Below the pieces are notes generated by a model. It was given only the letters and a program-made list of their open reading frames with translations, was not told the origin of the DNA and did not search any database. Below are positions 16,012-25,636 of a stretch of DNA of 64,000 nt, piece by piece (the stretch's first letter is position 1; the number at the start of each line of letters is the position of its first letter). The position numbers were made by a program, and so were the translations under genes. Source of the DNA: Candidatus Zhuqueibacterota bacterium (GTDB taxonomy: Bacteria; Electryoneota; RPQS01); the NCBI GenBank assembly GCA_016214895.1, contig JACRMR010000025.1, forward strand, positions 142,222-206,221, in the 5' to 3' direction.

Positions 16012-17711
16012 CGCCGAAATACCAAAATCCAAAATCCAAAATCGAACGTCCGGCGATTCGATGGATCGCGCTGGTGGTGATCGGACTCGCGTTCGCAGCA
16101 AAGGCGGGTGCGGCAACCTACTGCTATGTCACCCTGCACAATCTGGGCTGCCTGCAATCCAATCAAACCTATACCGGCTTTATCTATCCCCATCCCGATC
16201 TGGGCGAAGGTGACTTGGTTCAAGTGATTCTGGCCGGGGCAAATCGCGTCATCGATCTACCCAACGCGGATGGCTCTCCCGGCGGTGATGACCAAGCCGC
16301 GATGAACCCCGGCGCAGAGTTCGCCATGAACCCGGAGTCGTTCACGCACTATCCGGGAACATTTTACTCACCGGAAGCCATGCTCGTGCAGAGCGACAAT
16401 CACGGCCCCCAGCCCGCCGTGCAACCGGGCAGCAAGTTCTACCTGCGGGTCTGGAACGGGGCAACTCCCGCCCAGTCCACCGCCTACTATAACTCCCGAA
16501 AGCTCACGCTGGATTACCCGGCCACGCGTGAAGGTTGTCCGATCGACAGCGCCGTCCGGACGTTCCCCAATGAGATCCAAATTCCGATGTTGTTCACCTA
16601 CGCTGTGGTGCTGGATGATCTGGGTCATCCGTATAGTCCATTAAACACCGTGATGGTCAGTGCGCCCAACGGCGGCGAAGCCTATGCGATCGGGGAGCTC
16701 ATGGAGGTGCAGTGGTTTGCGACCGCGACCTACTCGCGTGTCGATGTCCTCTTGCAACGCGGCGCGGGTCCCTGGGTGACCATTCTCGACAGTGTCGTGA
16801 ACGATGGGAGCGAGGCCTGGGCAGTGACGGGACCCGATAACGCCATCTGCAGAATTCGCGTGCAGGCCGCCGTGGATACCATCGTGTTCGATACCAGTGA
16901 CTCGGCATTCGCGATCAATCCCGCGCCGACACTCATGCTTCACGAGCCGGACCCGGACGACATTCTGACAACCGGCGAACTCGTCACGATCGGTTGGACG
17001 AGCACCGGCACAATTCCAGCCGTGCGAATTCTGCTGAGCCGCGATGCGGCGCCCGCGGAGACCCTGTTCGCGGCCGCCGCGAACGATGGCGGGGAGGATT
17101 GGGTCGTCAGTGGACCCGAGGCGGCAAACTGCCGATTCAGGATCGAATCCACGGCCAATCCCACCGTGTACGACGATGTCACACCCGTTACGATTGTTGA
17201 GCCGCTCTCGATCTTACTGCATGCTCCGGTCGCCGGAGATTCGTTTGCCTTGGGTGACACGATGACTTACTCGTGGTCCACGACCGGATCTGTAGGACCC
17301 CTGAGGCTGATTCTGACTCGCGATGCGGCTCCGGCGGAAACGCTGTTCGCACTCCTGAACGATGACGGCGGCGAGTCCTGGCTGGTGACCACGCCGGCCA
17401 CCGATTCCGCGACGATCCGGCTCGAATCATCCGCGTTTCCCGCTGTGCATTCCATGGTTTACCCGGTCGTGCTGACTGACTCCACCTATTCCGGTCCGCC
17501 GATCAGTCCGGAAGTCGTGGCGTCGTCCGCCACGGATACTCTGAGGGTGCTCTGGCACCCGGTGCCTTACGCCACCGCGTATCGGGTGGAAACCAGCACC
17601 AATCTGGTCGATTGGGACTCCGTCACGACGCAGGCGGACACCACGTTTGCCTTCCCGACCCCGGAACTCATGCCTCCCGCGAGGTATTATCGCGTCATCG
17701 GAATTCGCTAA
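16008..17711 (+). CDS. secreted protein with three Ig-like (Kre9/KNH-like) repeats and C-terminal FN3-like module
   Basis: 567-aa ORF with a signal peptide (IRWIALVVIGLAFAAKAGA). Three ~95-aa repeats share G-x-x-x-x-I/V-x-W...V-x-I/L-L-x-R...NDG-x-E-x-W-x-V-x-G-P...C-R-x-R. The C-terminus LRVLWHPVPYATAYRVE...RYYRVIGIR is FN3-like. Confidence 0.6.
   Translation: MTPKYQNPKSKIERPAIRWIALVVIGLAFAAKAGAATYCYVTLHNLGCLQSNQTYTGFIYPHPDLGEGDLVQVILAGANRVIDLPNADGSPGGDDQAAMNPGAEFAMNPESFTHYPGTFYSPEAMLVQSDNHGPQPAVQPGSKFYLRVWNGATPAQSTAYYNSRKLTLDYPATREGCPIDSAVRTFPNEIQIPMLFTYAVVLDDLGHPYSPLNTVMVSAPNGGEAYAIGELMEVQWFATATYSRVDVLLQRGAGPWVTILDSVVNDGSEAWAVTGPDNAICRIRVQAAVDTIVFDTSDSAFAINPAPTLMLHEPDPDDILTTGELVTIGWTSTGTIPAVRILLSRDAAPAETLFAAAANDGGEDWVVSGPEAANCRFRIESTANPTVYDDVTPVTIVEPLSILLHAPVAGDSFALGDTMTYSWSTTGSVGPLRLILTRDAAPAETLFALLNDDGGESWLVTTPATDSATIRLESSAFPAVHSMVYPVVLTDSTYSGPPISPEVVASSATDTLRVLWHPVPYATAYRVETSTNLVDWDSVTTQADTTFAFPTPELMPPARYYRVIGIR
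16022..16042 (+). repeat. heptanucleotide repeat (CCAAAAT)x3 inside codons 5-12 of the 16008 gene
   Basis: Read directly: CCAAAAT CCAAAAT CCAAAAT. The unit length is not a multiple of 3. Confidence 0.8.
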
Positions 17712-17735
17712 TCCAGACTATCGTATCATGAGTGT

Positions 17736-17766
17736 ACAGCCGGACCCACGTCCGGCTGTTTATTTT
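17736..17766 (+). terminator. intrinsic terminator
   Basis: ACAGCCGGAC-CCAC-GTCCGGCTGT followed by TTATTTT, 25 nt after the stop at 17711. Confidence 0.75.
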
Positions 17767-17884
17767 AAGGCCTCGCAAGATCGTGAATTAGTCTGCCATG
17801 TGGCGGAACGTCGCAACTTTACACGTGCAGTCCCGGACCGGGTCAGTAGTCGTCCCGCCTTTATCTTGAATTTCATCATTCCCC

Positions 17885-17913
17885 TTGACAATCATCGCCC
17901 CAGCGCTTAACTT
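17885..17913 (+). promoter_or_regulatory. candidate sigma70-like promoter of the 18015 gene
   Basis: TTGACA, 17-nt spacer, TAACTT. Confidence 0.35.
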
Positions 17914-18014
17914 TATACGAACTGTCATAGCATCGCTGCGGCGGCCCTGCTCCGCCGTGGCATTGCGCGGGTGATTAGGAATCGCAAGATTTTGTCATGA
18001 AAGGGAGGCCAGAC

Positions 18015-21000
18015 ATGATTGGTTGTCCAAGGGTATGTACGGCGGCAATTGTTCGCCGGTCGGTGTTGCTCGTGTTTCTGCTCGCGGTGTCCGTCGTGAT
18101 GGCGACACCGGTCGAGCAAGGTTCGGTCCGAAATCCGAACCAGATCGTCCAGAAAACCGTGATCGCCCCCGATGGCGCACGGTATTTTTGTGAGCCGATG
18201 AGTTCCACCATCGAACTCCTCGATCAGAACTTCCGGACGGTGTCGCGGCTGAACGCGGTCAACGATCTCGGTGAATCACTCAGAATCATTGAGCTGCGAT
18301 TCGATGCCACGCTGAATCAGCTCGTGGCGGTCACGCGTACGGACCTGTTCGTCATCAACACGGCGACGGGTCAGGCCACGGCCGTGGCGACGCCGACCAA
18401 TCTGGATCGGCCGCGCGTGTATGAGAAGATCGAGCGGCATCAGGCGCGTTACGGCACCTTCGCCGACCGCGCCGAGTTCTCGCAGGTGGCCCCGCTGCAG
18501 AAGCGGCTCGATCAGGGCGAGTTCCTCACCCCCGCGGAACTTGAAGCGATCCGGATCTACAATGAACATCAGGCCGCCCGACATTCCGGCGATCGCGAAG
18601 GACTTGATGCCGACGGGTGTGACTGTGTCGGCGATTCCTATGCTTCCGGCGATGTGAATCTGGCAATCACCGATAACACGGGAGACGGTAGTTGCGACGC
18701 CAGCGACGGCATCAGCAGTACGATCACGGTTCCCGACGTCCCCTTTGCCTTTGTCCTCGACGCGAATATCACCATTAATCTCAATCACACATTCGTGTCC
18801 GATCTTGTGATCGAGATCATCCACGATGGCGTGACGGTCGGCCTGTGGCAGCGCGGCGGGAACAGCTGCGACAACTTGGTCGGGACCACGTTTGACGACG
18901 AGGGCGGGCCGCTGCCGGCTCCGGGAAGCCCCGACTGCGGATTCACCGGATGCTTCTTTCCTCAGGATCCTTCCGCGTGCGGCAATTCCGCGCTTTCTGC
19001 GTTTGACGGGCAGGCCCCCGGTGGTGACTGGACGCTGCGGGTCGCGGATCATGTCGGCATCGACGTCGGCACGCTGCTCAACTGGTCGGTCTGTTTGAAT
19101 CTCGCCCTCCTGCCGCCGCCGCTGCTCTGCGACTGCCCGGTTCTGGGAGACAATCTCTTCAACTCCGGCGATATCAACCTGCCGATCGACGATAATCTTG
19201 GACCGGATTTCTGCGTAGCGGTGGGGCAGATCTCGCATACCATCAGTGTCCCGCCGGGCGCCGGCAATGTCGTGGATGTCAATGTGATCGTCAACCTGAC
19301 GCACACGTTCTATCCCGACCTCGTGATGGACATCACGCATAACGGCGTGACCGTGCTGTTGACGTCGCAAGGCGCCGGCGGTGTCGATTGCGGCCCGCAG
19401 ACATGGATCTTTGACGACAGCGGCATTCCGTGGGTATCCGGCTCGTGCGACTTTAACGGCTGCGTGCAGCCGGGGTCCCTTGCCGGGCATGCCTGTGCGG
19501 CCACGAGCGATCTGAATGCATTCAACGGCATGAACGCGTCCGGTGACTGGACGTTCCGGTTGGCCGATGCCGTCGGAGTTGACGTCGGTACGCTCTTCAA
19601 TTGGGGTCTGTGCCTGACGACGACTCCCCCGGGACACGTGAGTGTCGATTTCGCATTTCCGGATTTCCATTGTGTTGACGGCGCGTTGTCGCCGAATCCG
19701 GCGGTGTTTACGATGCACGTGACCAACCCGGGACCCGGAGACTGCAACGGAGTGCAGATTGACCTCAGCGCGGGCGGAGGAACGGGCGGCTCAGCGACCG
19801 TGACCGGCAGCCCGGCAGTGATCGGCGACCTGCCCGCGGGTGCCGCGGTGGATGTCGTCTTTACGCTTGACATCACGCCCTCCGGCTCCAGCGGTACGAT
19901 TCCGCTGAGCGCGTTCGTGCAGTCGAGCAATTGCGGATCCTTCTTTATCGATTTCATCCAGATGGACGTTCCGGCCTGCCTGCCCCTGCCGGGTGACTGC
20001 AACTGTATGGACGTGGCCCTCGTCGTTGACGTCACCGGCTCGATGTTCGGCGCGATTGCCAACGTGGTGGCGGAACTGCCCAACGTGCTGGCCACGGCCA
20101 ACACGGCCAGCGGCGGCGACGTCAAGTTCGCGGTGCTCTCGTTCCGCGACAATGTCATCACCAATCTGGATTTCACCTTCGATCAGGCGGCTGCGCAAGC
20201 CGCGATCGGAGCGCTGATCGCCATCGGCGGCGCGGGAGAACCCGAAGCTTCCGATGAAGCCTTACGCGAGACGATCACGCACGACGGTCAGTGCATGGTC
20301 AACGACCTGAACGGCTCGTTCCGCGCGGGATGCACGAAAATCTCTGTACTGATCACGGACGCGCGGCCGGGCGGATGTGACGACACTCACGACCTCACGG
20401 ATGTGGCCAATGCGCATCAGCGAGCCGTGGACGCCGATGCGGCGGGAATTCACATCGCCGCCGTCTATGTCCCGACGTTCCCCGGCTATTCTCCGGAAAT
20501 CGTGCCCATCATGCTGGACTATGCCAACACGTCCCACGGCAGCTACGTCGAAGTGCAGTGGGATGGACAGGGCACCGGCAACGCCATCTCCACGATCATC
20601 GAGAACTGCGGCGGCTTCTTCCCCGACGATTGCTTGCCCGATGGCGCGGATTGCAACGGCGGGCAGCCTGAAGTGTACACCACCGTGTCCGGCGCGATCA
20701 ATAACGCCGTGCTGAACCTGACCGAAACCGGCGAAATGGAACTCGTGTGGGAGCCGGTTGACGGCGCGGAATTCTACCAAATCTACACCTCGACGGCCAT
20801 GGATCAGGAAGAGAACTGGGCGCCGATCGCCTTCTCGCTTACGACCTCGGTCCTGCTGCCGGCGCTGCCAAGTACGGATGAACCACGGTTGTTCCATGTC
20901 AAGGCCAAGGCCGCCAGCGTGGACCTGATCGCCAGCGATATCGCCTGCTGGCCGATCGAGGAAGGTGTGGGCGACCTCGTCGAAGACTTCGCGCAGGACA

Positions 21001-21557
21001 ACGATGGAACGAATCACGGCGCCGATTGGATCATCGGACCGTCCGGACACCGCTGCCTGCACTTCGAGTATGGTGACTATGTCTCCGTGGAAAACAGCAC
21101 CGAGTTTTACGGCCAGCCGCTGCAGCTCGACGCCTGTGTCTCGATTGACCACGTGCCGACGATTCAGACCGGCTCATACTACATCTTCTCCTGCCATCGA
21201 TACGCTCAGTGGTTTGAGGGCTTCGGCGTGCGCATCGATGTCTTCGGGCGCCTGATGTGCCAGGTCTGGAACACCAACACGAATAGCTGGCAGACGTTGA
21301 TGGCTCCGATGAACCGGCCCGTTCCGGTTGGAGTACCGTTCCTGGTCACCGCCGTCATCAACGGAAACAACTCGTTGCTGCTCTTGAACGGCGAAGTGGT
21401 CGCCGCGGGTGTGCAGAACTACCAAAGCATCACCAACGGCTACGCCATGACCATCGGCGCGCATCACTACAACGACAACTATGCCGGCCCCCGTCATCAG
21501 TACCACATGCGCGGTGACATTCACTGGCTGAAAATCGGACAGTTTAACGTGAACTGA
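18015..21557 (+). CDS. large secreted protein: two proprotein-convertase P-domains, CARDB-like, vWA, FN3-like and LamG-like domains
   Basis: Track ORF starts at 17997. ATG at 18015 follows GGGAGG by 6 nt. P-domain signatures occur twice (HTFVSDLVIEIIHDGVTVGL...GGDWTLRVADHVGIDVGTLLNWSVCL and HTFYPDLVMDITHNGVTVLL...SGDWTFRLADAVGVDVGTLFNWGLCL). vWA MIDAS-like DVALVVDVTGS. C-terminal concanavalin/LamG-like region. Confidence 0.65.
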   Translation: MIGCPRVCTAAIVRRSVLLVFLLAVSVVMATPVEQGSVRNPNQIVQKTVIAPDGARYFCEPMSSTIELLDQNFRTVSRLNAVNDLGESLRIIELRFDATLNQLVAVTRTDLFVINTATGQATAVATPTNLDRPRVYEKIERHQARYGTFADRAEFSQVAPLQKRLDQGEFLTPAELEAIRIYNEHQAARHSGDREGLDADGCDCVGDSYASGDVNLAITDNTGDGSCDASDGISSTITVPDVPFAFVLDANITINLNHTFVSDLVIEIIHDGVTVGLWQRGGNSCDNLVGTTFDDEGGPLPAPGSPDCGFTGCFFPQDPSACGNSALSAFDGQAPGGDWTLRVADHVGIDVGTLLNWSVCLNLALLPPPLLCDCPVLGDNLFNSGDINLPIDDNLGPDFCVAVGQISHTISVPPGAGNVVDVNVIVNLTHTFYPDLVMDITHNGVTVLLTSQGAGGVDCGPQTWIFDDSGIPWVSGSCDFNGCVQPGSLAGHACAATSDLNAFNGMNASGDWTFRLADAVGVDVGTLFNWGLCLTTTPPGHVSVDFAFPDFHCVDGALSPNPAVFTMHVTNPGPGDCNGVQIDLSAGGGTGGSATVTGSPAVIGDLPAGAAVDVVFTLDITPSGSSGTIPLSAFVQSSNCGSFFIDFIQMDVPACLPLPGDCNCMDVALVVDVTGSMFGAIANVVAELPNVLATANTASGGDVKFAVLSFRDNVITNLDFTFDQAAAQAAIGALIAIGGAGEPEASDEALRETITHDGQCMVNDLNGSFRAGCTKISVLITDARPGGCDDTHDLTDVANAHQRAVDADAAGIHIAAVYVPTFPGYSPEIVPIMLDYANTSHGSYVEVQWDGQGTGNAISTIIENCGGFFPDDCLPDGADCNGGQPEVYTTVSGAINNAVLNLTETGEMELVWEPVDGAEFYQIYTSTAMDQEENWAPIAFSLTTSVLLPALPSTDEPRLFHVKAKAASVDLIASDIACWPIEEGVGDLVEDFAQDNDGTNHGADWIIGPSGHRCLHFEYGDYVSVENSTEFYGQPLQLDACVSIDHVPTIQTGSYYIFSCHRYAQWFEGFGVRIDVFGRLMCQVWNTNTNSWQTLMAPMNRPVPVGVPFLVTAVINGNNSLLLLNGEVVAAGVQNYQSITNGYAMTIGAHHYNDNYAGPRHQYHMRGDIHWLKIGQFNVN

Positions 21558-21586
21558 GTTCGGAGCTTTCCCCTTCGACTCGTGCG

Positions 21587-21617
21587 AACGGGCAGCCCTT
21601 GCGGGTTGCCCGTTTCC
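21587..21617 (+). terminator. hairpin terminator between convergent genes
   Basis: AACGGGCAGCCC-TTGC-GGGTTGCCCGTT then TCC. The single wobble is G-U on the plus-strand RNA. Confidence 0.5.
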
Positions 21618-21721
21618 GTCTCGCCCCGTCAATTTCCAAACGCCGCCAACAAGAACGGGGCGACTCCTTCGAGCCGCCCCGCGTCATGACTGTTCGCGGC
21701 ATGCACCGCGCCCACGCGATG

Positions 21722-24700
21722 CTACCGGATGGTTCCGCCCGCCGGAAGACTCGGACGGGAAGAAGCGCCCGCACCATCGGTCGCCACCACCACGTAGAAC
21801 AATCGCTGAGTTCCCGCAAAGGGAACGTCCAACTGAGTTCCGGTCGTCGTTCCGATGACGGTGTCAAAGGGCCCGTCCGGCGAAGTCGATGACAGCACCT
21901 TGTACTGCGGCGCGCCGCTGCCAACCCAGTTGAAGCGGAGCTGATTCGCTCCGGGCAGATAGAACAAGGTCAGCTGCTGCGGCGGATCAAGTTGACCGAC
22001 CGTGAACTGAACCGGGATCACCGTCGGATTCTCGTCAGCGTCGTTGTTGCCAACGGTCAGCGTGCCCTGGTACACTCCGGTCGGCAGGCAGATCGCCGAA
22101 AAATGCAGCTCCACGGTCTGACAGGCGGACGGCGATACCGTTCCGGAGGCCGGACTGATGCTTGCCAGCCACGGCGTATCCGGATACGTGAACTTGATCG
22201 CGTTGTTGTTCGTAATGTACGTGCCGTTGTACACGACGAGCGATCCCACCGTGCCGGTCTGATTCTCGATGCCGACCGTGGCCGAGTTGAGCAGTCCGTT
22301 CATGCGCTCGTGCATGATCGTGATATCCCCGCACGGCTCGACAATCACCTGGAACCAGAACGGGCCGGTCCCGCTCCACTTATACACCGAGTCCCACTGC
22401 ACGATGAACCGGCCGTTCGCCGCATCATCATAGTAGTAGATGGCGCCGCGCGTTTCGAGGTCCATGTCATCCCAGAACGGCGCAATGAAGGAATTCGGAG
22501 TCGCCGCCGTCGGAATCGTCCGATTGCCGTAAGCCGTATCCGGTCCGGTGAACTGCAGGTTGCCGTTCGAGCAGATGTACACCGAATCGTAACTCGCACC
22601 GTAGAACAGGAAGTTGAAGGGCAGGGCAAACCGGACACAGCGGTCGTCGTAGGCCATGTTCGCGTTCGTGCCGACGCCGGAAATGTTGAACCAATTGAAC
22701 GCCGGACCACCCGGTTCCGCCGTGTCCAGCCAAACGTAGCCGAACGCGTCGCTGCCCGTGTTGTCCAACTGATCGCGACCGCGCGGTTCCGGATCGGTCT
22801 TACTGAGCGGTTCCAGCTCTGCCGGTGCCGGAGCACTCAGCGTCGGAAGGTAACCATATCCCGGAATCGAAAGCGGAGTTGTCTGCGTAAACGATAGCGA
22901 GTAGCTGAGGGGACACGTGCCCAGATTGCAGACCTGTACGGTCACCGTGTCTCCGCCGCCCAGCGGCGCCAGCGCACTCACACTCAGCGGCAAGCCGTCG
23001 ATCTCCGCCGCTCCGGCGCACGACTGCCCGTACGCAATCGACCAGTTGTTCGCCAGGCCCTGTGAACTCGCGTCGAGTGTCGCATCAAACTGATACTGCG
23101 TTCCGACTGAGAGTCCGGCCTGACCGACTGTGGCACTCGCACTATTGCCCACGGCACTGTACTGCATCAGGACCCGGCTGTTGCCGCCGGGTCCGCCGCC
23201 CAGCCCAACGTCAAAGAGCCAGATTTGGAAAGTCTCGACTCCGCCGCCGCTGTAATGGCCGATGTTGTACCACTCAATAATGAACGCACTCTCCCCGGCA
23301 TGATAGTAGGTCGCGATCTGCGTGCTGCCGCTGGGGAGTAGATCATCCCAGAGCGGGCAGAGGGCCGCGCCGATACTCGCCGACGGGAGACCCTCGTTGA
23401 TGTACGCCGTCGCCGTCGAAGTGAAGGACGCGAACCCGTTCGTGCAGATGTTCACACTCGAGTAGTTCGTCCCGTGAAAACGGAACGTGATCGGCAACGC
23501 GAAATTCGCCGACTGATCGTCCGTCGTCAGACTGGAGGCCGTGCCCGGCCCGCCTGCCAGCGGCGCGATCTCATACCACGTGTAAACCGGACCGCCGCCA
23601 TCGCCAACCTCGCAGGCCGAATATTGGTCGGCATCGAGCTCACTGCAACTGTAGCGGGGATCGGTCGGCAACGTGAAGTCCTGATTCGCGCTCGCTCCTA
23701 CGACCACTCCGGTCACCGTGACCTGCCCGCAGCCGCCACCGGAAGCGCGCATATCGTACGTGCCCTGCGGCAGCGTGATCGAGTAGAAGCCGGAACCGTT
23801 AGTTGTCGCGGGCGTGACCGGCGTGCCCAGCACTTCGACCGTTGCGCCGATCGCCGGTCCGCCGAAACACGACGTTACCGTGCCCGACACGTTCCCGGAA
23901 GGTGCGGTCAACAAAGTGATATTCTGGATCGTCGTGTCACCCGTGACCACCGTGAGACCCGGAATCGTCTGCGCGAGGTAGCCGAACTTCGAGTATTCGA
24001 TCGCATAGGTTCCGGCCTGAAGCGGCAGATAATATTGCCCGCTCGCATCCGTCGTGGCCTCCTGCGTGCCCGCCGCATTCTTGACCTTCACGCCCGAAAG
24101 CGGAGCACTCGAACCGTCCACGACGACTCCGGCGATGCGGCCAAGATTGGAGACCGACAGCACGGCCAAATAGCCGTCGATGAAACCGTAGCCGTACTGA
24201 TTGTCCTGGCCCACCGCGCCCTGATCGAGCGCGGTGCTCATGATGGCCTGCTTGATCGTCTGGTGATCGCAATCCGGACAGGCCTCGCGCATCAGCGCAA
24301 CGACGCCCGCAACATGCGGACCGGCCATCGACGTGCCGCTGTACGTGCCGTCATAACCGCCGCCCGGCACCGACGAATAGACGTTAACGCCCGGAGCCGC
24401 AATTTCCGGCTTGATATTATCTGGCACCGCGGGTGTGCACGGCGTCGGACCCTGGCTGGAAAAGCTCGCGAGCGGATACGGCGGAGTCGCATCTCCCGCA
24501 TCCACCGCGGCCACCGAGAATATCTGATAGTCATTGATGGAATAGATCGCCGGGCTGCGCAGGCCGCTCGTGCTCTCGTTACCCGCGCTCCACGTCACCA
24601 CCGGACCCGCCGCCTCGCAGTTCAAGATCACGGTATTCCAGTAATCAAAGCACTGCACATATCCGAGACCGGTGTTCACACCCCAGGAATTCTGAATCAC

Positions 24701-25636
24701 ATCCGGCACGTCGTCAACGGTGTTGATATTGCCGTCCGGATTCGCGAACCACTGAAACGCATCGATGATGTCGTTGTCAAAACCGCCGCCCACGCCTTGA
24801 TTGATCGCGTTGTCCGCGATCCAGCGCGCCGCCGGAGCACAACCGACCCATTGCGTGTCGCTGCCGACAATTGCCCGCCCCGCCATGGTGCCCATCACGT
24901 GCGTGCCGTGGCCGTAGCCATCCGATGGAAAACTCGTGCCGCCGCCCAGCGCATCGCGCCAACATTCCGCCGCCGGAGCGAATAAGCCACGCCAGCGCGA
25001 GGCCAATGCCGCGTGGTTGCCATCCACTCCCGTATCGAGATTGGCGACCAGCACGCCGTTGCCCGTGATGCCCAGTTCCGTATTCACGCGGTAGGCGCCG
25101 ACGGCGATAATGCCCGGAGGCAGCGTCATGGTGTCAAGCGGGTTGCGCGGCGGCCGGACCGACTCGCCGGGCTTCAGCGGTGTCCGAATCGGCTCGATCA
25201 ATTCGGGCCGGAAATTCTCACAAACGTAACGAATATCACCGCGCGACCGCAGAGACTCGATGTAAGCGGCCGTGCCCTCGATGACCAGCAAGTTCTCAAT
25301 CCAGTACGACGTGTACCCGACCACCAAGCCGTTGCCCTTCGCCTCGTCAAGTTCGGCTTGGAACGGCGGCTGAGTCAATTCCGCGTTATACTTCAGCGCG
25401 GCGAGGACCTCCCGGTTACGTTGCGCCAGTGGGGCGCGCTGATCATGCAGCCGGCTGTCGAGCGTCCGAATGTCGATCGGGCTTTCCAGAATGACCACTG
25501 CGCTCACCCAGTCATTCTTACCCGCGGTCTTGAGTTCTTTGTCAAGCGTCGGCGAGAACTCGGCGGCCAATCCCACCGTGTAGAGCACTCCGAGGCCCAA
25601 CCAAACCCACAAAAACTCCCGATGCGAAAACTTCAT
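21722..25636 (-). CDS. secreted subtilisin-like serine protease (S8) with I9 propeptide, CarboxypepD_reg-like, two NIDO-like and C-terminal FN3-like domains
   Basis: 1304-aa ORF with SD GAAGGA 7 nt upstream. Catalytic triad motifs VANLDTGVD, HGTHVMGTMAG, GTSMAGPHVAG. Two repeats match NIDO-like patterns (FxFxG..Y.S..IC.NG...F ... APxWDD). Details under findings. Confidence 0.85.
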   Translation of the reverse strand: MKFSHREFLWVWLGLGVLYTVGLAAEFSPTLDKELKTAGKNDWVSAVVILESPIDIRTLDSRLHDQRAPLAQRNREVLAALKYNAELTQPPFQAELDEAKGNGLVVGYTSYWIENLLVIEGTAAYIESLRSRGDIRYVCENFRPELIEPIRTPLKPGESVRPPRNPLDTMTLPPGIIAVGAYRVNTELGITGNGVLVANLDTGVDGNHAALASRWRGLFAPAAECWRDALGGGTSFPSDGYGHGTHVMGTMAGRAIVGSDTQWVGCAPAARWIADNAINQGVGGGFDNDIIDAFQWFANPDGNINTVDDVPDVIQNSWGVNTGLGYVQCFDYWNTVILNCEAAGPVVTWSAGNESTSGLRSPAIYSINDYQIFSVAAVDAGDATPPYPLASFSSQGPTPCTPAVPDNIKPEIAAPGVNVYSSVPGGGYDGTYSGTSMAGPHVAGVVALMREACPDCDHQTIKQAIMSTALDQGAVGQDNQYGYGFIDGYLAVLSVSNLGRIAGVVVDGSSAPLSGVKVKNAAGTQEATTDASGQYYLPLQAGTYAIEYSKFGYLAQTIPGLTVVTGDTTIQNITLLTAPSGNVSGTVTSCFGGPAIGATVEVLGTPVTPATTNGSGFYSITLPQGTYDMRASGGGCGQVTVTGVVVGASANQDFTLPTDPRYSCSELDADQYSACEVGDGGGPVYTWYEIAPLAGGPGTASSLTTDDQSANFALPITFRFHGTNYSSVNICTNGFASFTSTATAYINEGLPSASIGAALCPLWDDLLPSGSTQIATYYHAGESAFIIEWYNIGHYSGGGVETFQIWLFDVGLGGGPGGNSRVLMQYSAVGNSASATVGQAGLSVGTQYQFDATLDASSQGLANNWSIAYGQSCAGAAEIDGLPLSVSALAPLGGGDTVTVQVCNLGTCPLSYSLSFTQTTPLSIPGYGYLPTLSAPAPAELEPLSKTDPEPRGRDQLDNTGSDAFGYVWLDTAEPGGPAFNWFNISGVGTNANMAYDDRCVRFALPFNFLFYGASYDSVYICSNGNLQFTGPDTAYGNRTIPTAATPNSFIAPFWDDMDLETRGAIYYYDDAANGRFIVQWDSVYKWSGTGPFWFQVIVEPCGDITIMHERMNGLLNSATVGIENQTGTVGSLVVYNGTYITNNNAIKFTYPDTPWLASISPASGTVSPSACQTVELHFSAICLPTGVYQGTLTVGNNDADENPTVIPVQFTVGQLDPPQQLTLFYLPGANQLRFNWVGSGAPQYKVLSSTSPDGPFDTVIGTTTGTQLDVPFAGTQRLFYVVVATDGAGASSRPSLPAGGTIR

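Noticed and set aside
18276-19718. 480-aa ORF antisense to the protein with two P-domains. Similar long antisense ORFs are 9577..10533, 23474..24985, 29864..31315, 32391..34244, 38796..40121 and 46318..47433.
   Set aside because: These are typical high-GC shadow ORFs. They are Arg/Gly/His-rich and low-complexity, carry no motifs, and fully overlap genes that have clear domain signatures on the other strand.
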